From: a virus
Taxonomy: Duplodnaviria > Caudoviricetes
Strand: one strand, 5' to 3'
Length of the DNA stretch: 27,770 bases
Virus record (IMG/VR): IMGVR_UViG_3300027138_000026
Span: 1 to 27,770 of that record
Shown here: piece by piece, positions 1-8,205 of the stretch
Layout: the number at the start of each line of letters is the position of its first letter
How positions within the stretch are numbered: position 1 is the first letter of the stretch
The notes under the pieces: generated by a model
What the model was told of the DNA's origin: nothing
The model's database searches: none
The model's input: the letters and a program-made list of their open reading frames with translations, nothing else
Translations under genes and position numbers: made by a program

Positions 1-617
1 TCATTATATTTTTTAACAGAAGAAACCCAGTTATCTCTTTTGATTGGAATGTACTGAACAATAGGAGTACCAGTTTCAATTATACCTTCCCAACCATTCT
101 TTATAAAAAACGGAAGTTGTATAGTTAATGGAAATACATCGGCATCAACAATGCCAGTAATTAACTGAAATGGTGCATCAAATCTATTGCTAGGTTGAAT
201 ACACAACAATGAGTACCCAGAAGGTAGAGTTATAGTCCATTCACATGTAAACTTAATTACAAATGGGCTATAACCTTCTGGGGTTGGAACTCCTTGATGT
301 TGTTCTAAGTTATGAAAACTAATTGGTTCTCTATTAGAACGCCAATTAAATATTGGCACAATTCCATCTGGTGACCAAGAAACAATAATATCTTCACTAA
401 GAGTTAAAGTATAACCAGCAGTCATTGCATCTAAAAATGGCATACAGGCTTTAACAGTACGATTGTTTCTGCCCTCAGTAAGATGGAACTTTCCATCACC
501 ATACAAAGGTTTTATATCTTTATACCATTGAGGTATTAAAGAAACCGATGGCACTGGATGTTTATCAAAGTTTTGAGCCTCTAGCGTTGTTGGCGTAAAT
601 ACAATTTTTTGAGTCAT
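1..617 (-). CDS. DUF6065-like protein (3'-truncated by window edge; absent from ORF track)
   Basis: Hand translation from ATG 617 (SD AGGAAAGG): MTQKIVFTP...IPQWYK...TVKACMPFLDAMTAGY...WTITLPSGYSLLCIQPSNR...TGIVDAD...GTPIVQYIPIKR, open to base 1. Motifs match DUF6065-type phage proteins as I recall them. Confidence 0.7.
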   Translation of the reverse strand, partial: MTQKIVFTPTTLEAQNFDKHPVPSVSLIPQWYKDIKPLYGDGKFHLTEGRNNRTVKACMPFLDAMTAGYTLTLSEDIIVSWSPDGIVPIFNWRSNREPISFHNLEQHQGVPTPEGYSPFVIKFTCEWTITLPSGYSLLCIQPSNRFDAPFQLITGIVDADVFPLTIQLPFFIKNGWEGIIETGTPIVQYIPIKRDNWVSSVKKYN

Positions 618-641
618 CTTATACCTTTCCTAGGTGTAATA

Positions 642-650
642 AGCATATCA
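642..650 (-). promoter_or_regulatory. Possible extended -10 promoter for the inverted gene
   Basis: TGATATGCT (TGn-TAnnnT) on the - strand about 25 nt upstream of ATG 617. Confidence 0.3.
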
Positions 651-673
651 TATATAAAACAACAAGGAGCAAT

Positions 674-1486
674 ATGACTAAAGCCCGTGACCTAGCCAAT
701 GCTAGTACAGCCCTATCTGCAGTATCTGCTACGGAACTGGGCTATCTTGATGGCGTAACTTCTGCTGTCCAGACTCAGATGGATGCTAAAGCACCATCAT
801 CTACTGCAGTTACATTAACTGGTACTCAGACTCTTACTAATAAGACACTGACTAGCCCTGCGCTAACTACACCAACCATTAGCACAGCAACAACTAATGG
901 AGATATTTTATACGGAACAGGCTCTGGTGCTTTGGCTCGTTTAGGTATTGGTACTACTGGTCAGGTATTAAATGTGGCTTCTGGTGTGCCTGCTTGGGCT
1001 ACGGCTGCAAGTGGTGGATATACACAATTAGCAACTGGTTCACTTTCAGGTTCATCAATTTCATTAACTTCAATTAGCCAAGATTACAAAGACCTTGTTT
1101 TGTATTTACAAAATACTGCTTTATCTTCAGGCGCAGGGTTAAGATTTACTTTTAATAGTAATACAAATGCTTATTATGGTTATACTTATATTCAAAATGG
1201 AACAGTAACTGGTTCAGGTTCGTCAGGTTTGGCTTATGGTTATCTTGGAGATTTTCCAGGTTATCAAGACTCAACAAGCGTAACTATGAGGATTCCAAAT
1301 TATACTTATGCTAACAGTCGGCCACACTACTTTGCTCACGGTGGACAATATCCATCAAATGCTGGAGCAATGGCTATTATGATATTTGGTTCAATTAATA
1401 ATGGAACAGCAGTTACTTCACTTCAATTATTCCCATCAACAGGAACATTTTCTAACGGAACTTACTACCTATTTGGAGTTAAATAA
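674..1486 (+). CDS. Tail fibre / minor virion protein
   Basis: SD AAGGAG. Thr/Gly/Ser-rich with fibre-type motifs (TGTQTLTNKTLTSP, ARLGIGTTGQVL) and a C-terminal beta-rich domain ending GTYYLFGVK. Confidence 0.75.
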   Translation: MTKARDLANASTALSAVSATELGYLDGVTSAVQTQMDAKAPSSTAVTLTGTQTLTNKTLTSPALTTPTISTATTNGDILYGTGSGALARLGIGTTGQVLNVASGVPAWATAASGGYTQLATGSLSGSSISLTSISQDYKDLVLYLQNTALSSGAGLRFTFNSNTNAYYGYTYIQNGTVTGSGSSGLAYGYLGDFPGYQDSTSVTMRIPNYTYANSRPHYFAHGGQYPSNAGAMAIMIFGSINNGTAVTSLQLFPSTGTFSNGTYYLFGVK

Positions 1487-1692
1487 TGACTAATCCAACA
1501 ATTAAAATACACAATGTTGAAACTAATGAGGTCATTGAAAGAGAAATGACAGCAGAAGAAATTGCTTGGCTAGAGTCAACAAAAGCAATTCCAGAACCAA
1601 CAGAAGAAGAACTTGCAAAAGCAGCAACTAAAGCAGCCCTACTTGCCCGTCTTGGTATGACTGCAGACGAAGCCAAGTTACTTCTTTCGTAA
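1486..1692 (+). CDS. Small fibre-associated protein (possible chaperone)
   Basis: TAATG coupling to the fibre gene. IEREMTAEE and ALLARLGMTADEAKLLL resemble small proteins that follow phage fibre genes. Confidence 0.6.
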   Translation: MTNPTIKIHNVETNEVIEREMTAEEIAWLESTKAIPEPTEEELAKAATKAALLARLGMTADEAKLLLS

Positions 1693-1696
1693 CAAT

Positions 1697-1724
1697 TATC
1701 CCTAAGCATGGATACAAACTGCTC
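1697..1724 (+). other. Candidate small H-type pseudoknot in intergenic spacer
   Basis: TATCC(1697-1701)/GGATA(1710-1714) crossed by AGCA(1705-1708)/TGCT(1720-1723). T7 run at 1731-1737. Confidence 0.3.
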
Positions 1725-1755
1725 AACTAATTTTTTTCTGACTTAAGGAGATACG

Positions 1756-3678
1756 GTGGCTGGTAGAGATTTAACAGATGGTAGAGCCGAACGCTCTATT
1801 GCCGTAGACGTAGGTGTAGTTTCTTCTACATCTATCTGGCAGAACACTGACATAGCCTATGACATTGCTATTGGTGGACTACCTTTTATTCTAGCCACAA
1901 ATAATGAACGTCCCTATGGCCGTAAGACTGCACCGTTTAAGAAAGAACAGTTTGATTCTACTACCGAACCAGGTGAGCAATCACTTACTGGTTGGTGGAT
2001 TCGCTCACAGATGTCTTTTCATAGTGGTTCTGGTATTAACTTCTTTGACCCTGCAACTAACGATGAGAATGGACACTATCGTTTTGGAGACAGTAGAAAT
2101 ATAGATGTATGGACTAAAGGACAGGCTACTTTACTTAAAGAGACAGCCAATATGTCTGGTGTTACTACTGGTACTTATAAAATTATTTCTGGAGTATCTA
2201 CAACAACTGATGTAGTAGTTGGATATATTCCTGGTTCTACTACAATTAAATCTTTTCAAGCAAATGGAACAGTAGTAACAACATATGCTCCTACTAACCT
2301 TGGTAATATTTTAGATGGTGCTGTATGTACAGATGGCACAAGATTATTTATAGCAGACAATGACCATATTTATGTTGGTCCTCTTAACGCAGCCTCTGCT
2401 GGATGGACCGAGTACTACGCAACTGGCACACGTGCCACACTTGCTTGGGTTAAGCAACGCCTTGTTGGCGCTGTTACTAATTCTATCTATGAATTAACTG
2501 GTGCTACTGGTAGCGCACTTGCACTACCTACACCGCTATACACACATCCTAATACTGCTTGGATATGGTCATCTATTTCTGAAGGTGGTTCTGCTGTCTA
2601 TGCTGCAGGTTATGCTGGTGGTAACTCGGCTATTTATAAGTTTACATTAAGTACTGGTGGTGCCATGCCTACGCTTACATCAGGTGTTATTGCAGCACAA
2701 TTACCAATTGGTGAGTATGTAAATAAGATTGAATACTATCTTGGCTACTTAATAATTGGCACTAACAAGGGCGTACGCGCAGCAGAAATTTCAGACCAAG
2801 ATGGTTCTATTAATTACGGTCCATTAATTATTGAAGAGTCTAATGGCGTTTACGATTTTGCATTTAGAGATAAGTTTGTATGGGTTACTGGTTCTATTGG
2901 CGGATATGCTGGTTTATATCGTATTGATTTAAGTAATGAAATTGAAACATTACGTTTTGCTTATGCAACAGATACCTATCTTGATAGCGTTTCTGGTTAT
3001 GCTACAAGTGTAGATTTTATAGGTAACTCTGGACAGATAGCATTTACTACTTCTGGTAGCAATGGTATTGCTGTTCAATCTGCCACAGTCTTATCAACAA
3101 CTGGCTATCTAACTACAGGTAACATTAGATACGGAACCCTTGAGCCTAAAAACTTTAAGCGTTTACTTGCTCGGGGTAATTTTACGTTTGGTTCTATGAC
3201 ATTAGAAACTGTAGATTCAGATGGCAATGAGTATGACCACATCTCCTATGACTCAGCAGTACCGCCAGTGGAGGTTACAACCTCCAACCCACCAACGGCT
3301 CAGGAATATGTAGCCTATAAGTTTATTATGTACCGCGATGCTACAGATAGTACTAAAGGTCCAACCTTTAAGGGCTATCAGGCAAAGGCAACTATTGCTA
3401 CACCACGACAAAGACTTATTAGTCAGTATGTATATTGTTTTGATGAAGAAACAGATAGGAATAATTCTCGTACTGGTTATTCAGGACGGGCATATGACCG
3501 TGTAGTTGCTTTAGAATCCATTGAAGAAAATGGTGACATAGTTACATGGCAAGATTTAAATACTGGCGAAAGTCGCCAAGTCCAAATCATTGGTATTAGT
3601 TTGGTGAACACTACTCCACCAGATAAAAACTCTACTGGATTTGGTGGAATATTAGAGATTGTGGTGAGTACAGTATAA
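1756..3678 (+). CDS. Virion tail protein, probable beta-propeller (nozzle/stabilisation-like)
   Basis: GTG start with SD AAGGAG, 640 aa. Repeated blade-like segments (CTDGTRLFIAD, WVKQRLVGA, YYLGYLIIGTNKGV, FRDKFVWVTG...GLYRIDL). Lies between fibre and lysis genes. Confidence 0.65.
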   Translation: MAGRDLTDGRAERSIAVDVGVVSSTSIWQNTDIAYDIAIGGLPFILATNNERPYGRKTAPFKKEQFDSTTEPGEQSLTGWWIRSQMSFHSGSGINFFDPATNDENGHYRFGDSRNIDVWTKGQATLLKETANMSGVTTGTYKIISGVSTTTDVVVGYIPGSTTIKSFQANGTVVTTYAPTNLGNILDGAVCTDGTRLFIADNDHIYVGPLNAASAGWTEYYATGTRATLAWVKQRLVGAVTNSIYELTGATGSALALPTPLYTHPNTAWIWSSISEGGSAVYAAGYAGGNSAIYKFTLSTGGAMPTLTSGVIAAQLPIGEYVNKIEYYLGYLIIGTNKGVRAAEISDQDGSINYGPLIIEESNGVYDFAFRDKFVWVTGSIGGYAGLYRIDLSNEIETLRFAYATDTYLDSVSGYATSVDFIGNSGQIAFTTSGSNGIAVQSATVLSTTGYLTTGNIRYGTLEPKNFKRLLARGNFTFGSMTLETVDSDGNEYDHISYDSAVPPVEVTTSNPPTAQEYVAYKFIMYRDATDSTKGPTFKGYQAKATIATPRQRLISQYVYCFDEETDRNNSRTGYSGRAYDRVVALESIEENGDIVTWQDLNTGESRQVQIIGISLVNTTPPDKNSTGFGGILEIVVSTV

Positions 3679-3884
3679 TGACTACGGCACAGTGGCTTGG
3701 TATAGCCATATCTGTTTGCACTCTTGTGGCTGCTTTTGCTACCTCTGTTAGATGGTTAGTCAAGCATTACTTGTATGAACTTAAACCAAATGCTGGCTCA
3801 AGCCTAAAAGATTCTGTCACAAGACTAGAGGCTAAGGTAGAAATTCTTTATCAGATGATGTTAAACAAGGGGAGAGATGAATGA
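3678..3884 (+). CDS. Small membrane protein of lysis region
   Basis: N-terminal hydrophobic helix (WLGIAISVCTLVAAFA) and C-terminal coiled-coil (SLKDSVTRLEAKVEIL). Confidence 0.6.
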   Translation: MTTAQWLGIAISVCTLVAAFATSVRWLVKHYLYELKPNAGSSLKDSVTRLEAKVEILYQMMLNKGRDE

Positions 3885-4384
3885 AGTCTGTAGTCAAGAA
3901 AGCCACACCTGCCGCTATTGCTGTCCTTCGACAAGCCACAGCGATAGCGCCATTGCGTATGAAAGCATCGGATGGACTTCTTCCGTCCAACGCTCATTTG
4001 AAACAGAGTCCAACCAGCGACCATAACACTGGACTCGCTGTTGACTTAACGCATGACCCTAAGAATGGAATTGATTGTGTTGACATTTTTGAAAAACTTA
4101 AAGAAGATAAGCGTGTTAAGTACCTTATTTTCAAGGGACAAATCTGGTCTAAAGAAAAGTCCAAGTTGGGAAACAGACGGTACACTGGGACTAATGCTCA
4201 TAATAAGCATCTACATATTTCTATTGAGTCTACTATGGGTTCCGATACTTCTCCATGGTTTTGGTGGTTGAATCAACCTAAGACTCTTAATCAGGTTATT
4301 GCTAGTTTGACTACAGTACCTGCAAAGAAAGCATATAAGACTGAAGTTTGTACCTGTTGCAAAGTGCACGGGGCAAAGCAATAA
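3881..4384 (+). CDS. Putative endolysin, M15-like zinc peptidase
   Basis: SDHNTGLAVD (SxH-x4-AxD) and HNKHLHIS (HxH) Zn-ligand motifs. Flanked by membrane proteins. Confidence 0.7.
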   Translation: MKSVVKKATPAAIAVLRQATAIAPLRMKASDGLLPSNAHLKQSPTSDHNTGLAVDLTHDPKNGIDCVDIFEKLKEDKRVKYLIFKGQIWSKEKSKLGNRRYTGTNAHNKHLHISIESTMGSDTSPWFWWLNQPKTLNQVIASLTTVPAKKAYKTEVCTCCKVHGAKQ

Positions 4385-4396
4385 TAGGAGGAAATA

Positions 4397-4582
4397 ATGG
4401 AACAATTTAAGCAACTCGGACTGACATGGTTCCGTGCCGCAGCATCTGCTGCGATTGCACTGTACCTTGCTGGTGAGACAGACCTTAAGACTCTTGGCGC
4501 TGCAGCCCTTGCAGGCTTTGCTGGACCACTACTTAAGTGGCTAGACCCATCTGCTACATCCTTTGGACGTGGTTCAAAGTAA
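4397..4582 (+). CDS. Putative holin
   Basis: 61 aa with two hydrophobic segments and a basic C-terminus. SD AGGAGG. Directly after the endolysin. Confidence 0.7.
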   Translation: MEQFKQLGLTWFRAAASAAIALYLAGETDLKTLGAAALAGFAGPLLKWLDPSATSFGRGSK

Positions 4583-4614
4583 TGATTTAAGGGGCCTAGC
4601 AGCCCCATAGACAC

Positions 4615-4660
4615 AAGAAACCCCCAGAACTGGTATCTCTACCAGAACTGGGGGTCTTTT
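4615..4660. terminator. Intrinsic terminator between convergent arms (probably bidirectional)
   Basis: AAGAAA-CCCCCAG AA CTGGTA TCTC TACCAG AA CTGGGGG-TCTTTT. Confidence 0.75.
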
Positions 4661-4661
4661 G

Positions 4662-5036
4662 TCATTTACTGAGCGTACTTAATATATCTTCAACCTTAAT
4701 AAGGTAACCCTTACTAGGGTTGGGAGGTATGTTGCAAGTAATGGCTCTTCCCCGTGCCGTTACTGCTTGTTTTAATACCTCCGTTGGCACTATCAAGGTT
4801 GCCCCCTCCAACACGAATGCCCAGTATGCAGCCTTAGTGCTGGACAACCCTGATAGATACCAATTCTCGTTGTTATGTGACCAGCAAACTGTTTCTATAT
4901 ATAGGTTGCCAGTATCTTTCCATTGCAAATCTGTCTTTACTTCTACTGTACTACCACCTGTTAGTAGTTGTTCTACTAATCCTTCTCCTGCTTGACCAAC
5001 CGCTAAGTCTAAATCAAAGTCTGATAGTTTGCTCAT
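4662..5036 (-). CDS. PD-(D/E)XK nuclease-fold protein
   Basis: GQAGE...TVEVKTD...TGNLYIE pattern. Last gene of the - arm. Confidence 0.5.
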   Translation of the reverse strand: MSKLSDFDLDLAVGQAGEGLVEQLLTGGSTVEVKTDLQWKDTGNLYIETVCWSHNNENWYLSGLSSTKAAYWAFVLEGATLIVPTEVLKQAVTARGRAITCNIPPNPSKGYLIKVEDILSTLSK

Positions 5037-5299
5037 GGGTATCCTAAGTATAGTGGCTTGACCGTAATCTTTAATTTCTTTCTTAGTACCCTGCGTTGGA
5101 ACTCTGTTGTTCCACCCCAGTATCCAAATACACCATTCTTAAGTGAGTAATCTAAACACTGTTGTTTTACTTCACAGTTGTTACAGATTTTACTAAGCCT
5201 ATTAACATCTCTATATGTAGAACTACCTTCTGGTACAAAGAACTCCTCTGAGTCTACACTTCTACAATTAGGTGTGCCTTGCCAGTCTGGATACTCCAT
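5033..5299 (-). CDS. whiB: WhiB family Fe-S transcription factor
   Basis: C...EEFF...CNNC-x5-C followed by GYWGG turn and basic tail (RRVLRKK). Confidence 0.93.
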   Translation of the reverse strand: MEYPDWQGTPNCRSVDSEEFFVPEGSSTYRDVNRLSKICNNCEVKQQCLDYSLKNGVFGYWGGTTEFQRRVLRKKLKITVKPLYLGYP

Positions 5300-5433
5300 T
5301 AGAACTCAAATGCTAAATACCAAAAACCAAGTTCTAAACTTACATAATATTTACATACATTAAAGCCTAACCCAAATCCTGAGTTACGACCAAATGTTAA
5401 CCACTTATTCCTACCTACTTTTTTTGCTGCCAT
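5299..5433 (-). CDS. Small hypothetical protein (44 aa)
   Basis: MAAKKVGRNKWLTFG...WYLAFEF. SD AGGAGG before ATG 5433 is a better start than the track's 5544. Confidence 0.55.
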   Translation of the reverse strand: MAAKKVGRNKWLTFGRNSGFGLGFNVCKYYVSLELGFWYLAFEF

Positions 5434-5434
5434 T

Positions 5435-5596
5435 CTATCCTCCTGTTGAGTAGAAGCCTGAACCATTGAACTTGACTGCTGGTGCTGACCATATACGCTG
5501 CATTCTTTCACCACAAGTTGAGCAGGCTGGGGGTATATTTTCATTTACTTCGATTACATCTGAACAACAAGTACATTTAAAATCAAAGAGTGGCAT
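5435..5596 (-). CDS. FmdB-family zinc-ribbon protein (53 aa, absent from ORF track)
   Basis: MPLFDFKCTCC...PACSTCGERMQRIWSAPAVKFNGSGFYSTGG, the hallmark FmdB pattern. TAATG coupling. Confidence 0.8.
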   Translation of the reverse strand: MPLFDFKCTCCSDVIEVNENIPPACSTCGERMQRIWSAPAVKFNGSGFYSTGG

Positions 5597-5844
5597 TAGT
5601 AATTGTCCTCGTTCTTTGGGTAAGGGAGTGTGACCATTGACCCACAGTTAGTGCACTCTCCATCAAGGAAATAAAAGCATATCTCACCCTCGTCAAATGC
5701 AACAAGCGCATGAAATACATCCCCTCCACATATGCAAACATCTCCAATAGATTCTCCTCGCAAATCCATAGCGTGTGAGTAATCCGTTGGGTGTAATAAC
5801 TCTCTGATTTCTTTAACATTATCACTCTCCTGATTCGTCATCAT
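5596..5844 (-). CDS. Small zinc-binding hypothetical protein
   Basis: DLRG...CICG...CTNCGS. Confidence 0.6.
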   Translation of the reverse strand: MMTNQESDNVKEIRELLHPTDYSHAMDLRGESIGDVCICGGDVFHALVAFDEGEICFYFLDGECTNCGSMVTLPYPKNEDNY

Positions 5845-6466
5845 CTGCCTCTACTAAAGTATCTTCTTCAATGTATGGCCTTTGCCCGCCGATGTTCCTA
5901 ATCAAACTACTGATTGCCCGCTTTACTTTCATCCGTGCACCATCTGCTGTGGTAGATAGTTCATCTGCTAAGTCACTCCACTCAACATTTTCTGCTGAGT
6001 ATTTAATACGAAGCACATTTTGTTTTGCATCTGATAATCTGTAGTAAGCAGTGGCTATATCTGAACGCAGCACTAGCCAGTTATTAGTATCGTTGCTCTC
6101 ACCTTTAGAAAATTTGTAGTTTAAATCTTTAATTGCTACTGGAATCTCATATGATTCTGCAATGATGGATGGTAAGAAAGCCTCAATGACTGATGGGTTG
6201 TAGTAATACAAGTCAAGTATTTCATACCCAATCTTTCTAGCCTTTTCTTTTTCGCAGTACTTGATGGCTGCATTGCGTAGAGACCTGGCTATTAACTTAT
6301 CTTTATCTTTCTGTTCTAACTCTGACCACTCTTTGTATTTTTGGGGATGAGAAACAAACCACAACCACAGTACTTGTTTTATATCTGACTGCTCAGTTAT
6401 AGGGTACTTGCGGTGGTACTCAACAGCAAGGGCTGCTACCATGGTTTCGTAGTCATCTAAATACAT
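5822..6466 (-). CDS. Sigma-70-like (region 2/4) transcription factor
   Basis: Region-2-like helix (DIKQVLWLWF...RSLRNAAIKYCEKEK) and region-4 HTH (LSDAKQNVLRIKY...WSDLADELSTTADGARMKVKRAI). Confidence 0.65.
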   Translation of the reverse strand: MYLDDYETMVAALAVEYHRKYPITEQSDIKQVLWLWFVSHPQKYKEWSELEQKDKDKLIARSLRNAAIKYCEKEKARKIGYEILDLYYYNPSVIEAFLPSIIAESYEIPVAIKDLNYKFSKGESNDTNNWLVLRSDIATAYYRLSDAKQNVLRIKYSAENVEWSDLADELSTTADGARMKVKRAISSLIRNIGGQRPYIEEDTLVEADDDESGE

Positions 6467-6470
6467 TAGA

Positions 6471-6755
6471 TTATTTCATGCCTTCCCACTGTCCTCTTTG
6501 CACCAATAGTCCGATTATTGCATAGTTTGCTAAGTCAATGAGGGAATCCTGTATAGATTCGTAGTTGGGCGTGTCGTTTTTTTTATAGTAAAGATTCTCT
6601 AACCGTTCCATCTTGTCATGCATACGGACAAGCAAGCCATTCATTGCCCCGCCTGGGGCATTGGATATATTTAACGGCCCATAGTCTGCATGTTTACGTA
6701 TCATAATAACACGCAGTTCTTTTAGAATATCCTCAAAGTCATTCGGGTCTTTCAC
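6471..6755 (-). CDS. DUF1599 / nucleotide-modification-associated domain 1 (MazG-like) protein
   Basis: RKHADYG...VRMHDKMERL...ESIQDSLIDLANYAII. Confidence 0.75.
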   Translation of the reverse strand: MKDPNDFEDILKELRVIMIRKHADYGPLNISNAPGGAMNGLLVRMHDKMERLENLYYKKNDTPNYESIQDSLIDLANYAIIGLLVQRGQWEGMK

Positions 6756-7053
6756 TGAGTATCTCCTTAGTTTCAGTGTCGAAGTTGTACATTGCTTCCG
6801 CTACTAATAGTTCTTCAATGGTCTCATTACCATTGCCTGTAACTGATGCCACTATAACTGTGGCTATCATGGTCAGCATTTTATGTGCCATTACTGGGTC
6901 TTTTGGAATCATATCTGCCACATCACCTAGTGCATTGAGTAAGTCAAGCCCTTGCCTATCTGATATAGGTAAACCTATAAGCCGTGGATGGTCTTTAATA
7001 AAATTCCATACATTATCTTCATTTGACATTGAGGCACTTGGCGATTCGTTCAT
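6739..7053 (-). CDS. Hypothetical protein (start may be 7029)
   Basis: Fills the gap between primase and DUF1599 in the operon direction. Confidence 0.55.
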   Translation of the reverse strand: MNESPSASMSNEDNVWNFIKDHPRLIGLPISDRQGLDLLNALGDVADMIPKDPVMAHKMLTMIATVIVASVTGNGNETIEELLVAEAMYNFDTETKEILSERPE

Positions 7054-7651
7054 TGATAAAGTCTACTCCTTCTTTATGCACGATACTGTTTACATCGTGG
7101 CCTTCTGGCATTTGAATTATATTTACATTGCCTAACTCTTTACCTATTTTCTTACCGAACTCTAACCCTGGGCCATCGCCATCTGCTAATACAATTACTG
7201 TATCAAAATCATCTAGGATTCTTGTATAGAATGGCTTCCAATTGTTTGCACCTGGAATACCTACGGCTGGATGTTTAGTCTTAACACTTAGGGTAATACA
7301 ATCTATTTCACCTTCAGTAACACAGATGTAATTTGATGCTGTGAGTACTACTTGTGCATTGAACATGCTGGTCTTAGCACCTGGCATGCCCATATACTTT
7401 GGGTCTGCCCCATTCATTGACCTGAATCTGATATCTACCACGCCTGAGGGCGTGATGTATGGGATGACTAACCTATCTGAGTACTGCTCATGACCTGGAA
7501 GAGCGTCCTTTACTACCCCCAAGTGGAAGTTCCGAGCCTCGTCTACCGAGAGATTGCGTGTTGCTAGGTACTCTTCTGCTAAGTGTATTTGGTTTGCGTA
7601 CTGGTTCGCTGCCTGTAAGAGAAATTGCCTGTGCGAATTTGATAGCCTCAC
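7019..7651 (-). CDS. DNA primase, catalytic/TOPRIM part
   Basis: YLATRNL, RLVIPY, KY, VTEGEID, VGIPGA, ADGDGPG, GHDVN. GTG start with AGGAGG SD. Confidence 0.9.
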   Translation of the reverse strand: MRLSNSHRQFLLQAANQYANQIHLAEEYLATRNLSVDEARNFHLGVVKDALPGHEQYSDRLVIPYITPSGVVDIRFRSMNGADPKYMGMPGAKTSMFNAQVVLTASNYICVTEGEIDCITLSVKTKHPAVGIPGANNWKPFYTRILDDFDTVIVLADGDGPGLEFGKKIGKELGNVNIIQMPEGHDVNSIVHKEGVDFINERIAKCLNVK

Positions 7652-7868
7652 GATATGTGCCTCCTTCTTTTTCTATAATTAAATCGTATACATCTCCACT
7701 TACACCACAGCCATGGCATTTGAATCTACCTTCATCAAAGTTTATACCTGCTGATGCATGACCATCATCGTGGAATGGACATTTAATTTTGCGCCAACCG
7801 TTGCCCTCTGGTGGCACGGTTGCGCCGATGTATCTTAAGTAATCTGCAATATTATGTTTCTCGTCCAC
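7488..7868 (-). CDS. DNA primase, CHC2 zinc-finger part
   Basis: CPFHDD...FKCHGCGVSGDVYDLI. Confidence 0.88.
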   Translation of the reverse strand: MDEKHNIADYLRYIGATVPPEGNGWRKIKCPFHDDGHASAGINFDEGRFKCHGCGVSGDVYDLIIEKEGGTYREAIKFAQAISLTGSEPVRKPNTLSRRVPSNTQSLGRRGSELPLGGSKGRSSRS

Positions 7869-8205
7869 GCATAGCCTGCTTAACTAAATCCAGCCATACT
7901 TTGGCTGGCATTGTGCAATACCATTCATCAACATTCTTAGTTCCTTTTTTCTTATGGAGGACAACACCTGTCCAACCTTGGTCGTTAATCATTTCTATTT
8001 CTAGTTCTTTAACCCAAGTGCTAAGGTCTAACTTAATATGGTTCTTAACTTCTATAGTTACTCCATTGACTCCTGCTATGTCGCCTTTGTCTAGGTGACT
8101 GCCCGCAATTCTGCGTTCCGCATATGGAAAACCATTTTCTTTTAACCAATTAACTGCTGGGATTTCTCCGCCTTGTGTACCCTTGCGCTTGGCTGCACTA
8201 CTCAT
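7852..8205 (-). CDS. Holliday-junction-resolvase-like PD-(D/E)XK nuclease
   Basis: KRKG...E...L...AERR...DKGDIAG...IEVKN. Confidence 0.7.
   Translation of the reverse strand: MSSAAKRKGTQGGEIPAVNWLKENGFPYAERRIAGSHLDKGDIAGVNGVTIEVKNHIKLDLSTWVKELEIEMINDQGWTGVVLHKKKGTKNVDEWYCTMPAKVWLDLVKQAMRGRET

Noticed and set aside
674-1486. Fibre tip as a diversity-generating retroelement target
   Set aside because: No reverse transcriptase or template repeat seen in the window.
5299-5544. Track start at 5544; likewise starts at 18865, 23218, 13689, 9520 and 14554
   Set aside because: Downstream starts have SD sites or stop-start coupling and avoid long overlaps.
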